Below are positions 55,276-64,000 of a stretch of DNA of 64,000 nucleotides, piece after piece. Below the pieces are notes generated by a model. The model was not told the origin of the DNA, searched no databases, and saw only the letters and a program-made list of their open reading frames with translations. The number at the start of each line of letters is the position of its first letter. Within the stretch, counting starts at the first letter, position 1. Source of the stretch: Candidatus Dormiibacterota bacterium (GTDB lineage: Bacteria > Chloroflexota > Dormibacteria > Aeolococcales > Bog-877). Made by a program: the position numbers and the translations under genes. The stretch is taken from the NCBI GenBank assembly GCA_027339635.1, contig DAHWNZ010000008.1:1859-65858 (forward strand), given 5' to 3'.

Positions 55276-56316
55276 GTGGCTTCTCCCCGCTGGGGCATCC
55301 TGGGTGCGGCCAGGATTGCGCGCCAAGCCGTGGTGCCCGCCATCCGCAACGCCGGCGGAGAGGTGGTCGTCCTCGGTTGCCGGGACCGGCTGAGGGGAGA
55401 CAAGATCGCGTCCACGCTCGCGATCGGGCAGGTGGTTGAGGGGTATCAGGCGGTCCTCGAAAGCGATATTGACTGCGTGTACGTTCCCTTGCCGAACTCT
55501 CTGCATTGCCAGTGGACGCTGGCGGCACTGGAGCATGGCCGCCACGTGTTGTGTGAAAAACCACTGGCGCTGAGCCGTCGACAAGCGGACGAGATGACGG
55601 CCAAGGCGCGCTCCGCCGACTTGCTCCTCGGTGAGGCTCTGATGTATCGCCACCATCCGCGGTGGGCGGTGCTCACCTCCCTGTTGGGCTCAGGGAGGAT
55701 CGGCGCCGTCCGCCAGATCTCGGGCAACTTCTCGTTCCCCCTGGCGCCCGGCTCGGACTACCGCTGGGAGGCGGAGCTGGGAGGCGGAGCCCTCTATGAC
55801 GTGGGCTCCTATCTCGTCAGTGGCGCCCGCCTGCTGGCGGAGCGCGAGCCGGAGTCGGTGACTGCAGTCGCCAGTTTCCGCCACCTCGTGGATGAGAACG
55901 TGGCCTTCAGCATGCTGTTCCCGGGGGCCGTCGACTCGCCCGGCCTGGTCGCCTCCCTGGCCTGCGGGTTCTCGTCGGCGGAGTCCCAGTGGCTGCGGAT
56001 TGTCGGCACGGATGGAGAGATTGTGATCGATGAGCCGTTCACCGCTTGGCGCGGTGGTGAGGCGCCAATCCGCCTGCGGGCCAGGGCCGGGTGGGAGGAG
56101 ATTCCATCCCCCGCCGCGGACCCCTACCTTGAAATGGTGCGGGCGTTCCACCGCTCCCTGGCCACCGGGGAGCCCTTTCCCACATCCGGCGAGGACGGGG
56201 CGGCAAACCTAGCCGTCCTCGACGCTCTCTTCGAGAGCCTGGGTGGGGGCGGCCACCCGGTCCCGGTCGGAGTGGAGCCGGCCGGGGCGTCCTTCCCCAA
56301 CCAGGGCGAGCCCTAG
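55276..56316 (+). CDS. Gfo/Idh/MocA family oxidoreductase
   Basis: WGILGAARIA Rossmann and CEKPLA motifs. The GTG start is 1 nt after the upstream stop. Confidence 0.8.
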   Translation: MASPRWGILGAARIARQAVVPAIRNAGGEVVVLGCRDRLRGDKIASTLAIGQVVEGYQAVLESDIDCVYVPLPNSLHCQWTLAALEHGRHVLCEKPLALSRRQADEMTAKARSADLLLGEALMYRHHPRWAVLTSLLGSGRIGAVRQISGNFSFPLAPGSDYRWEAELGGGALYDVGSYLVSGARLLAEREPESVTAVASFRHLVDENVAFSMLFPGAVDSPGLVASLACGFSSAESQWLRIVGTDGEIVIDEPFTAWRGGEAPIRLRARAGWEEIPSPAADPYLEMVRAFHRSLATGEPFPTSGEDGAANLAVLDALFESLGGGGHPVPVGVEPAGASFPNQGEP

Positions 56317-56426
56317 CTGGGCCGGCTTGGTCCTGGGGCTTGGCAGCCACCTCGTTCCCCCTCGGGTTCTCCGCTCGGCGCCATCCTCTGCCGGTGCGAC
56401 GGGCTGCGATGTCAGCGGCGCCGCGA

Positions 56427-57866
56427 TCAGGTGCCGACCTGGACCAGGCAGGAGGCGGTCAGCAGGTGCAGGGTCAGCAGCCCTGGGATCGATCCGGTCC
56501 CGGCCGCGGTGGTGGCGCAGCCGCTCAGGAGCCGGGGGCGGCCAAGCGTCTTTGGCCAGGAGACCTCGACTGCGCTCCCGGGCCTGGCGTCCTTAATTAG
56601 GGCCTTGAGCATTCGTCGTCGCGGCGAGTAGTCCATGGACGTCAATTTGCCCGGTGAGGAGCGGATGAAAGGCTGGGACAGCACCCTGAGCCATGCCTCG
56701 TCGATGTTCCCCTGGGCGTTGCTCACCCCCCATCCGTTGGGGTCCTCCCACTCCCACCAGGCCCAGCCCGCCAGATGCTGGTCCGAGAGCTCAATCTCGT
56801 CCTCCGCCCATCGGTCGGCGAGTCTGCCGTGGTGGGGAATCCCCATCTCGCCAACCCAGTAAGGGCCTGGAAGCTGGGCCGCCTCATGGACGGCCTCTCG
56901 CCACTCGCTGGCCAGCGGAGCGGGACTGCCGGTGAACGGGGCGCCCAGGATGCTGCCCGCGTAGAGGTGCGTGGAATACACAACATCCCGGGCTCGCAGT
57001 GGGCGGATGGCAGTCGGCAGTTCCCCAAACAGGTCCCCCTCCAGGATGAAGAGATGGTTCGGGTCCACCCGGGATATGGCCCTGATCCCCTGGGCATAGA
57101 AGGGCCACAGCAGGTGGGTGGCGAAGATCCCTGGAGGTATCGGAAGTGGGTGGGGCTCGTTGTAGAGGTCAAACCCGGCCACGTTGGAGTCATCGCGGAA
57201 CATCCTGGCAACGATGGACCACGCCTGCCAGTACAGGGTCTGCCAGTTCGGGAAGAGCCAGAAGTAGGCCAGGGCGGCGTTGACCGCGGGAGAGAGGTGG
57301 CGCTGCCAGGCGGCGGGGAGGCCGGGAAGGTGCAGGTCCGGGATGCCGGGCACGTAGAGCCAGGCGGGAGCTCCGCTGCCCCCGAAGCCGACGCCGAAGT
57401 CCTCGGTGTGCATGTCCAAGACGGAGTAGAGGTCGTGGCTCGCGCACAGTGACACCATGGCCCGAATCCGGGCCAGATAGCTCTGGCTGAAATGCCCAGG
57501 CTCGGGCTCCAGCAGGGACCAGGAGATGGGGATGCGTACCACATCGAAACCCTGGTCCTCCATAATCTGCGCGTCTTGCCCGGTGAGCGCCGAGGGTAGA
57601 GGAGAGGAGCCGGTCTGCAGCAGCGAGCTGTCGTTGAAGCCCCTCAGGATGACGGACTGGCCGGCGAGGGTCGAGATCCTACCACCTCGCACCGCCAGCC
57701 ATGGCAGGCCCCGGGCTGGCGGTCGGCGCGGTGTCACCCGCACCGTGAGGGCGGGCGCGGGAAGGGTGACCACCGCGATCAGGCCCAGTCCAGCCGCCAG
57801 GCAGCAGATGGCGGGCGAGAAGCGGATTCCGCTCTCCCTGCGGGTCGGGCGGCGAGGGAGGAGCAT
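56427..57866 (-). CDS. Glycoside hydrolase family 5 (secreted or membrane-anchored)
   Basis: VRIPISWSLLEP, DLYNEPHP (acid/base NEP) and VGEMG (nucleophile). There is an N-terminal TM/signal segment. The ATG at 57866 with a GGAGA RBS is preferred over 57941. Confidence 0.8.
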   Translation of the reverse strand: MLLPRRPTRRESGIRFSPAICCLAAGLGLIAVVTLPAPALTVRVTPRRPPARGLPWLAVRGGRISTLAGQSVILRGFNDSSLLQTGSSPLPSALTGQDAQIMEDQGFDVVRIPISWSLLEPEPGHFSQSYLARIRAMVSLCASHDLYSVLDMHTEDFGVGFGGSGAPAWLYVPGIPDLHLPGLPAAWQRHLSPAVNAALAYFWLFPNWQTLYWQAWSIVARMFRDDSNVAGFDLYNEPHPLPIPPGIFATHLLWPFYAQGIRAISRVDPNHLFILEGDLFGELPTAIRPLRARDVVYSTHLYAGSILGAPFTGSPAPLASEWREAVHEAAQLPGPYWVGEMGIPHHGRLADRWAEDEIELSDQHLAGWAWWEWEDPNGWGVSNAQGNIDEAWLRVLSQPFIRSSPGKLTSMDYSPRRRMLKALIKDARPGSAVEVSWPKTLGRPRLLSGCATTAAGTGSIPGLLTLHLLTASCLVQVGT

Positions 57867-57927
57867 GGCTCGGATTCTCCGGAAAAAGTGGGCGAAGGGT
57901 GGGTTCCGGCGCGCTAACCCCGTGCCT

Positions 57928-58422
57928 TCATTCCGCTCCAACGCCGCTCTTGGGTGCCCCGGAGAAGGCGATCACCCCTTCTTCGAAGCGTCCGGTGCGG
58001 GCGTTCACCACGACCATGTAGAGGTCGATGGTGCCCGGCGCCGGCAGGGTGCCGGACGCATCGGGGCTGGCTTGGAGAAGAACCACCCAACAGAGTTGCA
58101 CTCCTGGGCCGAGAGGCCCGCCACCGGTGCTGCTCACGTCCGCCAGAAAAGCCTGCTTCACGGAGTCCTGGGAGCCTTGCCTGAGGGCGACCATGGCTGC
58201 CCGGTTCCTTGTCACCAGCGGTCGACCGGTGGGCTCGTTCACCACAACTCCGCTTCTGGCCATCAGGGAGACGGTGCTGGGGAGCAGGCCCAAACCGTTC
58301 TCAGATGGGCTGGGACTCAGCGCCAGCAGGCTCACCACGGCCACGATGCCTGCGGCCAGTGCCAGGGCCGTGCCGGCGAGGAGGCGGGATACAGAGTGGG
58401 GGCGGCGCGGATAGGGGCTCAC
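57928..58422 (-). CDS. Hypothetical membrane-anchored protein
   Basis: One TM segment (LLAGTALALAAGIVAVVSLLAL) followed by a ~120-aa domain of ordinary composition. The GTG start is a guess. The upstream part of the track ORF crosses the dnaK promoter region. Confidence 0.4.
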   Translation of the reverse strand: MSPYPRRPHSVSRLLAGTALALAAGIVAVVSLLALSPSPSENGLGLLPSTVSLMARSGVVVNEPTGRPLVTRNRAAMVALRQGSQDSVKQAFLADVSSTGGGPLGPGVQLCWVVLLQASPDASGTLPAPGTIDLYMVVVNARTGRFEEGVIAFSGAPKSGVGAE

Positions 58423-58573
58423 TGGTCCAATATGATCGAGGCTTAGAGCATGGGGAGGCGCCTCCAAACTTCGGTTCCGTTTCGAGCCGTGCGGCCTGCG
58501 GTAGGGTAGGGGTAGCGGGCGGGCCGCGCTATCGCAGCCCCCGACCGGTTCAGAACGGAGGTTTCGAGAATAC

Positions 58574-60496
58574 ATGGCCAAGACCGTAGGAATTGACCTG
58601 GGTACCACCAACTCGGTGGTGGCTGTCATGGAGGCTGGGGAGCCTGTTGTCATCCCCAACACTGAAGGTGGGCGCACGACCCCCTCGGTGGTGGCGTTCA
58701 CCAAGGACGGCAACCGTCTGGTCGGGCAGCTGGCTCGGCGCCAGGCGGCCGTCAACCCCGAGAACACCATCTACTCGATAAAGCGCTTCATGGGGCGTCT
58801 CTTCAACGAGGTGGAGGGAGAGCGGAAGATAGTGCCCTACAAGGTGGTCTCGGGCAAGGACGGCCGGGCCGAGGTAGCGGTCGAGGGGAGCAACTACACC
58901 CCAGAACAGATCTCGGCCATGATCCTGCAGAAGCTGAAGGGGGACGCCGAGGCGTACCTGGGTGAGAAGGTGACCGATGCGGTGATCACCGTGCCGGCCT
59001 ATTTCAACGACGCCCAGCGGCAGGCGACCAAGAATGCCGGCCAGATCGCTGGATTGACGGTTCTGCGCATCATCAACGAGCCCACCGCGGCCGCCCTGGC
59101 CTACGGGCTGGACCGCAAGGAGTCTGAGAAGATCCTGGTGTTCGACCTCGGTGGCGGGACGTTCGACGTCTCCATCCTCGAGGTCGGTGAAGGGGTGTTC
59201 GAGGTGAAGTCGACCAATGGCGACACCCACCTGGGAGGCGACGACTACGATCGTCGCATCGTCGACTGGATGGCAGAGGAGTTCAAGCGGGACCAGGGGA
59301 TCGATCTGAAGTCCGATCGCCAGGCGCTGCAGAGGCTCACCGAAGCCGCCGAGAAGGCGAAGATAGAGCTCTCCCAGCTGCAGGAGACCCAGATCAACCT
59401 GCCCTTCGTGACCGCTGATCAGAACGGTCCCAAGCACCTCGATCTGAAGTTGTCGCGGTCGAAGTTTGAGCAGCTCACGGCGGACCTGACGGACCGCTGC
59501 CGCGGGCCGTTCGAGAATGCGCTGAAGGACGCCAACATGCGGCTTGAGGATCTGGACGAGGTGATCCTGGTCGGTGGGTCCACCAGGATGCCAGTGATCC
59601 AAGAGCTGGTCAAGACCATGACCGGCAAGGAGCCTCACCGAGGAGTCAACCCCGACGAGGTGGTGGCGGTGGGGGCAGCCATTCAAGCGGGTGTGCTCAA
59701 GGGGGAGGTCAAGGACGTGCTGCTCCTGGATGTGACCCCGCTCTCTCTTGGGATCATGACCGAGGGTGAGGTCAACACCAAGCTGATCGAGCGCAACACG
59801 ACCATTCCCACCAGCAAGAGCCAGGTCTTCTCCACGGCCGCGGACAACCAGCCGTCGGTGGAGATCGTGGTCCTTCAGGGCGAGCGGCCGATGGCCCGCG
59901 ATAACAGGACCCTGGGGCGATTCATGCTTGACGGGATCCCGCCCGCCCCCAGGGGAATGCCGCAGGTGGAGGTCACCTTCGACATCGATGCCAACGGCAT
60001 TCTCAACGTCACCGCCAAGGACCGCGGCACCGGGCGAGAGCAGAAGGTGACGATCACCGGATCCACCACCCTCCAGAAGGAGGAGGTGGAGCGCATGGTG
60101 AAGGAGGCCGAGGTCAATGCCGAGGACGACCGCCGCAAGGCGGAAGGAATCGCTCTGCGCAACCGTTGCGACTCGTTGGTCTACAGCTCGGAGAAGACCA
60201 TGCGCGACCACGGAGACAAGATCAGCGCCGAACTCCGCGATGAGATAAGTCAGAAGATTGAGGCTCTGAAGTCGGCGGTGGCGGCCCAGGACACCAGTGA
60301 CATGGAGAGCCGTGAGAAGGAGCTCTCGGCGGCCATCCAAAAGGTGGGTGAGGCCATTTACGCCAATGCGCCCGCCTCAACGCCCTCACCCGACGGCCAG
60401 CCTGCGGCGGCAGGAGAGGACATTCCTCCAGCCTCCGGCGGCGGCGGAGCAGGGGCGGATGGTGACGTGGTGGACGCCGAGTTCAAGGAAGTTTGA
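58574..60496 (+). CDS. dnaK: Molecular chaperone DnaK (Hsp70)
   Basis: [28 protein letters not shown] and a C-terminal EFKEV. Full-length at 640 aa. Confidence 0.97.
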   Translation: MAKTVGIDLGTTNSVVAVMEAGEPVVIPNTEGGRTTPSVVAFTKDGNRLVGQLARRQAAVNPENTIYSIKRFMGRLFNEVEGERKIVPYKVVSGKDGRAEVAVEGSNYTPEQISAMILQKLKGDAEAYLGEKVTDAVITVPAYFNDAQRQATKNAGQIAGLTVLRIINEPTAAALAYGLDRKESEKILVFDLGGGTFDVSILEVGEGVFEVKSTNGDTHLGGDDYDRRIVDWMAEEFKRDQGIDLKSDRQALQRLTEAAEKAKIELSQLQETQINLPFVTADQNGPKHLDLKLSRSKFEQLTADLTDRCRGPFENALKDANMRLEDLDEVILVGGSTRMPVIQELVKTMTGKEPHRGVNPDEVVAVGAAIQAGVLKGEVKDVLLLDVTPLSLGIMTEGEVNTKLIERNTTIPTSKSQVFSTAADNQPSVEIVVLQGERPMARDNRTLGRFMLDGIPPAPRGMPQVEVTFDIDANGILNVTAKDRGTGREQKVTITGSTTLQKEEVERMVKEAEVNAEDDRRKAEGIALRNRCDSLVYSSEKTMRDHGDKISAELRDEISQKIEALKSAVAAQDTSDMESREKELSAAIQKVGEAIYANAPASTPSPDGQPAAAGEDIPPASGGGGAGADGDVVDAEFKEV

Positions 60497-61527
60497 GGGG
60501 CCCACTGAGGCCTGGGGTTCTCATCGGGGGAGCCCTGGGCCTTGGGGCACTGGGCTACGCCGGGGCTCTGGGCTGGGCGCGCCGTCCGGCGTCGGCCAAG
60601 GTGTCCGAGCCTGAACTGGAGGCCCTGATCCGGGAGCGCCTCGAGCGCAGTGGAGCTTGTGGCCAACACCTGTATCTGGGCACGAGGTGGGGCCGCATAC
60701 ACGCTCTAGAGACCGGCCGGCGCGGCGACTGGGTGCTCTTCCTGCACGGATTGGGAGCCAGCGCCGCAAGTTATTCCCAACTGCTGGCTGAACTGTCCCA
60801 CACCCACCGGGTCCTGGCCGTGGATCTCCCGGGCGCCGGCCTCAGCGACCCCGTCCGGTTTACTGGGCATCCTCGTGCTCCCTGGGTCGATGTGATCTCG
60901 GAGGTAGCCGCAGCCAGGAGCCTGGGGAGATTTCACCTGGTGGGTCACTCGATGGGCGGGCTTGCGGCTGGAGCCTATGCCGTGGAGCGTCCCGACTCCG
61001 TTGCGAGTCTGGTCATGCTGGCCCCGGTCGGGCTGGCGGAGTCTCCTCCGTTGACCTGGCTGGCCGCCTCCATACCGGGTTTGGCAGACCTGACGGCTGC
61101 CCTTGACCGTGGCGCGATGGAGCGCCAGTGGGCCAGGGGGGATGCTGACGTCCGCGGCCTGCCTGGTGGCCCAGTAGAGGTTGGCCCCGACCCTGACGGC
61201 TACCGGCTGCAGGTGAGTCGCCGCTTCGCTGGTGGCTCCGATATGAACGCCTTCGCCCGTCTCCTGGGACCGCTCGGATTTCACCCCGACTCCCATCTGC
61301 TCCCGGGGCTTGGGGTGATCGCCGGCCGGGTGACGGTCGTCTTCGGTGCCGATGATAGGAAGGTCGAACCGGCTGCGGCCCAAGCTCAGCTGGCCCACTA
61401 CCCGGGGATCGAGCTCAGGGTGATCCCTGGGTGGGGACACCTGTTCCCCTTCCTACAACCGGAGCTGACGGCCGAAGTCCTGAAAGTCGCCTTCACCAAA
61501 TCTCCCTCATCCGCCGGCGCCGCCTGA
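60493..61527 (+). CDS. Membrane-anchored alpha/beta hydrolase (paralog 1)
   Basis: An N-terminal [10 protein letters not shown], a GHSMGG nucleophile elbow and C-terminal GWGHLFPF. The TTG start overlaps the dnaK stop (TTGA). Confidence 0.75.
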   Translation: MRGPLRPGVLIGGALGLGALGYAGALGWARRPASAKVSEPELEALIRERLERSGACGQHLYLGTRWGRIHALETGRRGDWVLFLHGLGASAASYSQLLAELSHTHRVLAVDLPGAGLSDPVRFTGHPRAPWVDVISEVAAARSLGRFHLVGHSMGGLAAGAYAVERPDSVASLVMLAPVGLAESPPLTWLAASIPGLADLTAALDRGAMERQWARGDADVRGLPGGPVEVGPDPDGYRLQVSRRFAGGSDMNAFARLLGPLGFHPDSHLLPGLGVIAGRVTVVFGADDRKVEPAAAQAQLAHYPGIELRVIPGWGHLFPFLQPELTAEVLKVAFTKSPSSAGAA

Positions 61528-61647
61528 AACGACCTCGCACCGGCTGCGAGCCTGATCAGGCACGCCATCCATGGCGATGAGACCCCCATCGTCGGGTTTT
61601 GCGGTTTGTCAAAATGGACAGCAGCAGCAACACGTCGGGGAGGTTTT

Positions 61648-62691
61648 GTGAAGCCGACCAGACTCGGCCTGACGATCGGGCTCGGCGCCGGCGCGGTCGC
61701 CTCTGCGGGCTATGCGTCGGCGGTCAGCTTGGCCCGGCGGCCCCTGTCGCCTGTGGCCCCGGACTCCGCCATTGAGGAGGCCCTCGACTCGTGGCTGGCA
61801 GAGATTGGTGTGGTCGGGCGCCACCACTACGTGCCCAGCTCCGCCGGTCGAATCCATGCGCTCGAGGTCGGTCACGGCGATGCGCCGCTGATATTTCTCC
61901 ACGGCCTCGGAGCCAGCGCCGGAGAGTATGCCGCGCTGCTGGCTCGCTTGGGCACCCACTTCCGGGTGCTTGGCATAGACCGGCCCGGTGGTGGACTCAG
62001 CGACCCGGTCCAGTTCCAGGGGCACCCGCGACGACCCTGGAACGAGGCGGTACTAGCCGTCGCGGATGAACTGGGGATCAAGCGTTTCGACTTGGTCGGC
62101 CATTCCCTCGGGGGCCTGGCCGCTGGCGGCCTCGCCATCGATCACCCGGACCGGGTGGAGCGCCTGGTCCTGCTTAGCCCGGTGGGGATCTCGTCCCGCC
62201 TACCCATGGTCTGGAGCCTCTCCATGCTGCCCGGCATCACCGACATCCTCACCGCCGCGGCGCGACTGGCGACGGCGCGCCAGAGTCGGGAGCAGGCCGT
62301 CGCAGTGCCCGCCGTGGGACCTGGGCCGGTGCGGGTCGGCCCGGATCTGGCCACGTACCGTCACCTGGTGGCAAGACGATTCTCAAAGGGCGGGGATCTC
62401 GAGACCATTCCTCGCTTGATGCGTCCGTTCGGGTTCAGGCCCGAGTCCCTGCTGCTGCCGGACCTGGACCGGCTGGCGTCGCGAACTCTGCTGGTGTGGG
62501 GCGACCATGATGAGCAGGTGGCTCTGGCGCCCGCCAGGGACGAACTCGGCAAGCACCCCAAGATCACCTTACGGGTTCTGGAGGGGGCGGGGCATCTGTT
62601 CCCCTTCGAGGATCCTCTGGCGACCGCATCTCTGATCCACGCCTGGTGCGGGTCGAGTGCTCGCTCGGGGCACGAGCTCGCTGGGAGCTGA
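61648..62691 (+). CDS. Membrane-anchored alpha/beta hydrolase (paralog 2)
   Basis: [14 protein letters not shown] and GAGHLFPF, collinear with paralog 1. The GTG at 61648, preceded by GGGGAGG, is preferred over the TTG at 61606. Confidence 0.75.
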   Translation: MKPTRLGLTIGLGAGAVASAGYASAVSLARRPLSPVAPDSAIEEALDSWLAEIGVVGRHHYVPSSAGRIHALEVGHGDAPLIFLHGLGASAGEYAALLARLGTHFRVLGIDRPGGGLSDPVQFQGHPRRPWNEAVLAVADELGIKRFDLVGHSLGGLAAGGLAIDHPDRVERLVLLSPVGISSRLPMVWSLSMLPGITDILTAAARLATARQSREQAVAVPAVGPGPVRVGPDLATYRHLVARRFSKGGDLETIPRLMRPFGFRPESLLLPDLDRLASRTLLVWGDHDEQVALAPARDELGKHPKITLRVLEGAGHLFPFEDPLATASLIHAWCGSSARSGHELAGS

Positions 62692-63943
62692 GGCGACGGC
62701 CGGCGTCACCACTCAACCCATGGTAGGCGGCGGATGGGTGAAGCAACGCCAGCACAGCGGTGTGGCCGCTCGCCCAGCGGTTCTTGGAGCACCACGCTCT
62801 TAGGTTGTCAGGCAGGTGTCTCAGGACCCGGTAGAGCGGGCTACCCACCATTTTGTGCACCACTATCGAGACCAGGAGGGCGAGGACGATGAAGACCAAC
62901 AGGAGCCCCCAGCCGCGCAGGTGCCCACCGTTCTCCCACCAGCCGAACCGACTCGTGAACAGGTAGAGGGGTTTGTGCAGCAGATAGAGCTCGAAGGAAC
63001 ACTCCCCCAGGACAACCAGGAGGCCGGAGCAGGCCCAGGAGCGGATGCCCCTCAGGTCCTGGGTGGCAGCGGCCAGGATCAGCATTAGAAGCCCGGGGAT
63101 CACCGCCAGGGCGACGAACGGCCGGTCGAGATAGTTGCCCGTGAGCACCGTGTAGGTGGTGAAGGCCACCGCGAGCGCGCCCAAGCCCGCGACGGCGAGT
63201 CCGATAGTTGCCCTCGGCCAGCGCACCCTGAGACCTAGCGTCACCATGCGTGCGAGCAGCATGCCCAGGAGGAACTCCAAGAGTCTGTATGGCGGAAATA
63301 TGAAGAAGAGCCAGAAGTAGATGTTGGAGGGCATGTGCATGAGCGCTGCCGCGGTGGGGGCTCCCAGCTGCAGCAACACCGTGCCTGCGGCTGCGAGAGC
63401 AAGGGCCCGCCACCCGAACCGTCGTATTGGGATGATCAGAAAGGGGAAGCACAGATAGAAGAACAGCTCGCACGACAAGGACCAGCTGACTCCGTTGCCG
63501 CCGAAGTACCAGCTGCCGCGGGGGAGCCAGGCTTGAAAGAGGAGGAAGTTGGCAGCATGGCCCAGTGGGCCTGGTATGCGCTCCTGAGCGGCTATGACCG
63601 TGAACGCGAAGGCTGTAAGAAGTACCGTGAGGGGCCAGATACGCGCTACTCTGCTCCACCAAAACCGCGCTGGCCGAGGCTTTGGCTGCGACCAGCTGAG
63701 CACGAATCCCGAAAGCAGATAGAAGAAGGTGACTCCGGTGTAGCCGTAAGCCTCCGCGACATCCACTGTCGATGAGGAGGTGAAGTGGTAGCCCACATGC
63801 ACCAGAACAACGCCCAGGGCGGCGAATACACGCAGCCCTGTGAGCCGACTCAGCCGCATCCTCCGTCTTGAAGACTCCGGCTTTAAGACCACGACCGGAC
63901 CCAGCACCGCGTCGTCCGAGCTGGTCGTCGGGGCCTGAGTCAC
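62564..63943 (-). CDS. Acyltransferase family 3 (membrane O-acyltransferase)
   Basis: LTGLRVFAALGVVLVHV, about 10 TM segments, and a Pro/Arg/Ser-rich C-terminal tail that overlaps the convergent hydrolase gene by 128 nt. Confidence 0.75.
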   Translation of the reverse strand: MTQAPTTSSDDAVLGPVVVLKPESSRRRMRLSRLTGLRVFAALGVVLVHVGYHFTSSSTVDVAEAYGYTGVTFFYLLSGFVLSWSQPKPRPARFWWSRVARIWPLTVLLTAFAFTVIAAQERIPGPLGHAANFLLFQAWLPRGSWYFGGNGVSWSLSCELFFYLCFPFLIIPIRRFGWRALALAAAGTVLLQLGAPTAAALMHMPSNIYFWLFFIFPPYRLLEFLLGMLLARMVTLGLRVRWPRATIGLAVAGLGALAVAFTTYTVLTGNYLDRPFVALAVIPGLLMLILAAATQDLRGIRSWACSGLLVVLGECSFELYLLHKPLYLFTSRFGWWENGGHLRGWGLLLVFIVLALLVSIVVHKMVGSPLYRVLRHLPDNLRAWCSKNRWASGHTAVLALLHPSAAYHGLSGDAGRRLSSQRARAPSEHSTRTRRGSEMRSPEDPRRGTDAPPPPEPVR

Positions 63944-64000
63944 CAGTTCGGCTGCGGCAAGTCTCCCGTCAGCTGTCGGCGCTCTCTGGCGAGTGGGTGG

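Noticed and set aside
58550-60340. 596-aa ORF antisense to dnaK
   Set aside because: It lies entirely within the unmistakable dnaK coding region on the opposite strand. Its composition is dominated by Leu/Arg/Gly/His/Asp/Val, as expected from reverse-reading a GC-rich gene. Long antisense ORFs in hsp70 genes are a known artefact.
1-64000. CRISPR arrays, tandem repeats, IS elements, integrases, rRNA/tRNA genes
   Set aside because: None were noticed on reading the intergenic regions and the ORF track. A by-eye scan cannot exclude short dispersed repeats, and a repeat finder would be needed to confirm.

Overview
This is a high-GC, gene-dense bacterial chromosomal window with about 47 protein-coding genes. 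I recognised no rRNA, tRNA, CRISPR array, transposase, integrase or prophage signature. All calls come from by-eye motif and architecture recognition on the ORF track; no searches were run.

The content is mostly housekeeping:
- a threonine/aspartate-pathway cluster (thrC-thrB-ask, with asd divergent)
- ppdK, ftsH, dnaK and menG/ubiE
- transporters: two ABC exporters, an MFS and a BASS-type carrier
- sugar-oxidoreductase and GH5 genes

The most notable content is a concentration of DNA-repair and mutagenesis genes between about 16.9 and 45.1 kb:
- an AdnAB/AddAB-class helicase-nuclease pair
- an HU variant
- an imuA'-imuB cassette preceded by a textbook promoter with a perfect GAAC-N4-GTTC LexA box in its spacer
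- a separate small ORF that looks like the detached C-terminal domain of ImuB
- an Rv1277/Rv1278-type SbcCD-like pair
- a DUF429 nuclease-like gene
- dnaE2, about 11 kb from imuA'B

Other points worth a second look:
- dnaK is followed by two membrane-anchored alpha/beta-hydrolase paralogs instead of grpE/dnaJ, and is translationally coupled to the first.
- An MTAP-family phosphorylase with an Asn at the purine-specificity position is coupled to menG.
- A fused full-length ABC exporter has one degenerate ATP site.

I did not find a clearly novel multi-gene system. The findings are refinements and oddities within recognisable families. Long antisense and out-of-frame ORFs are typical high-GC artefacts and were rejected.
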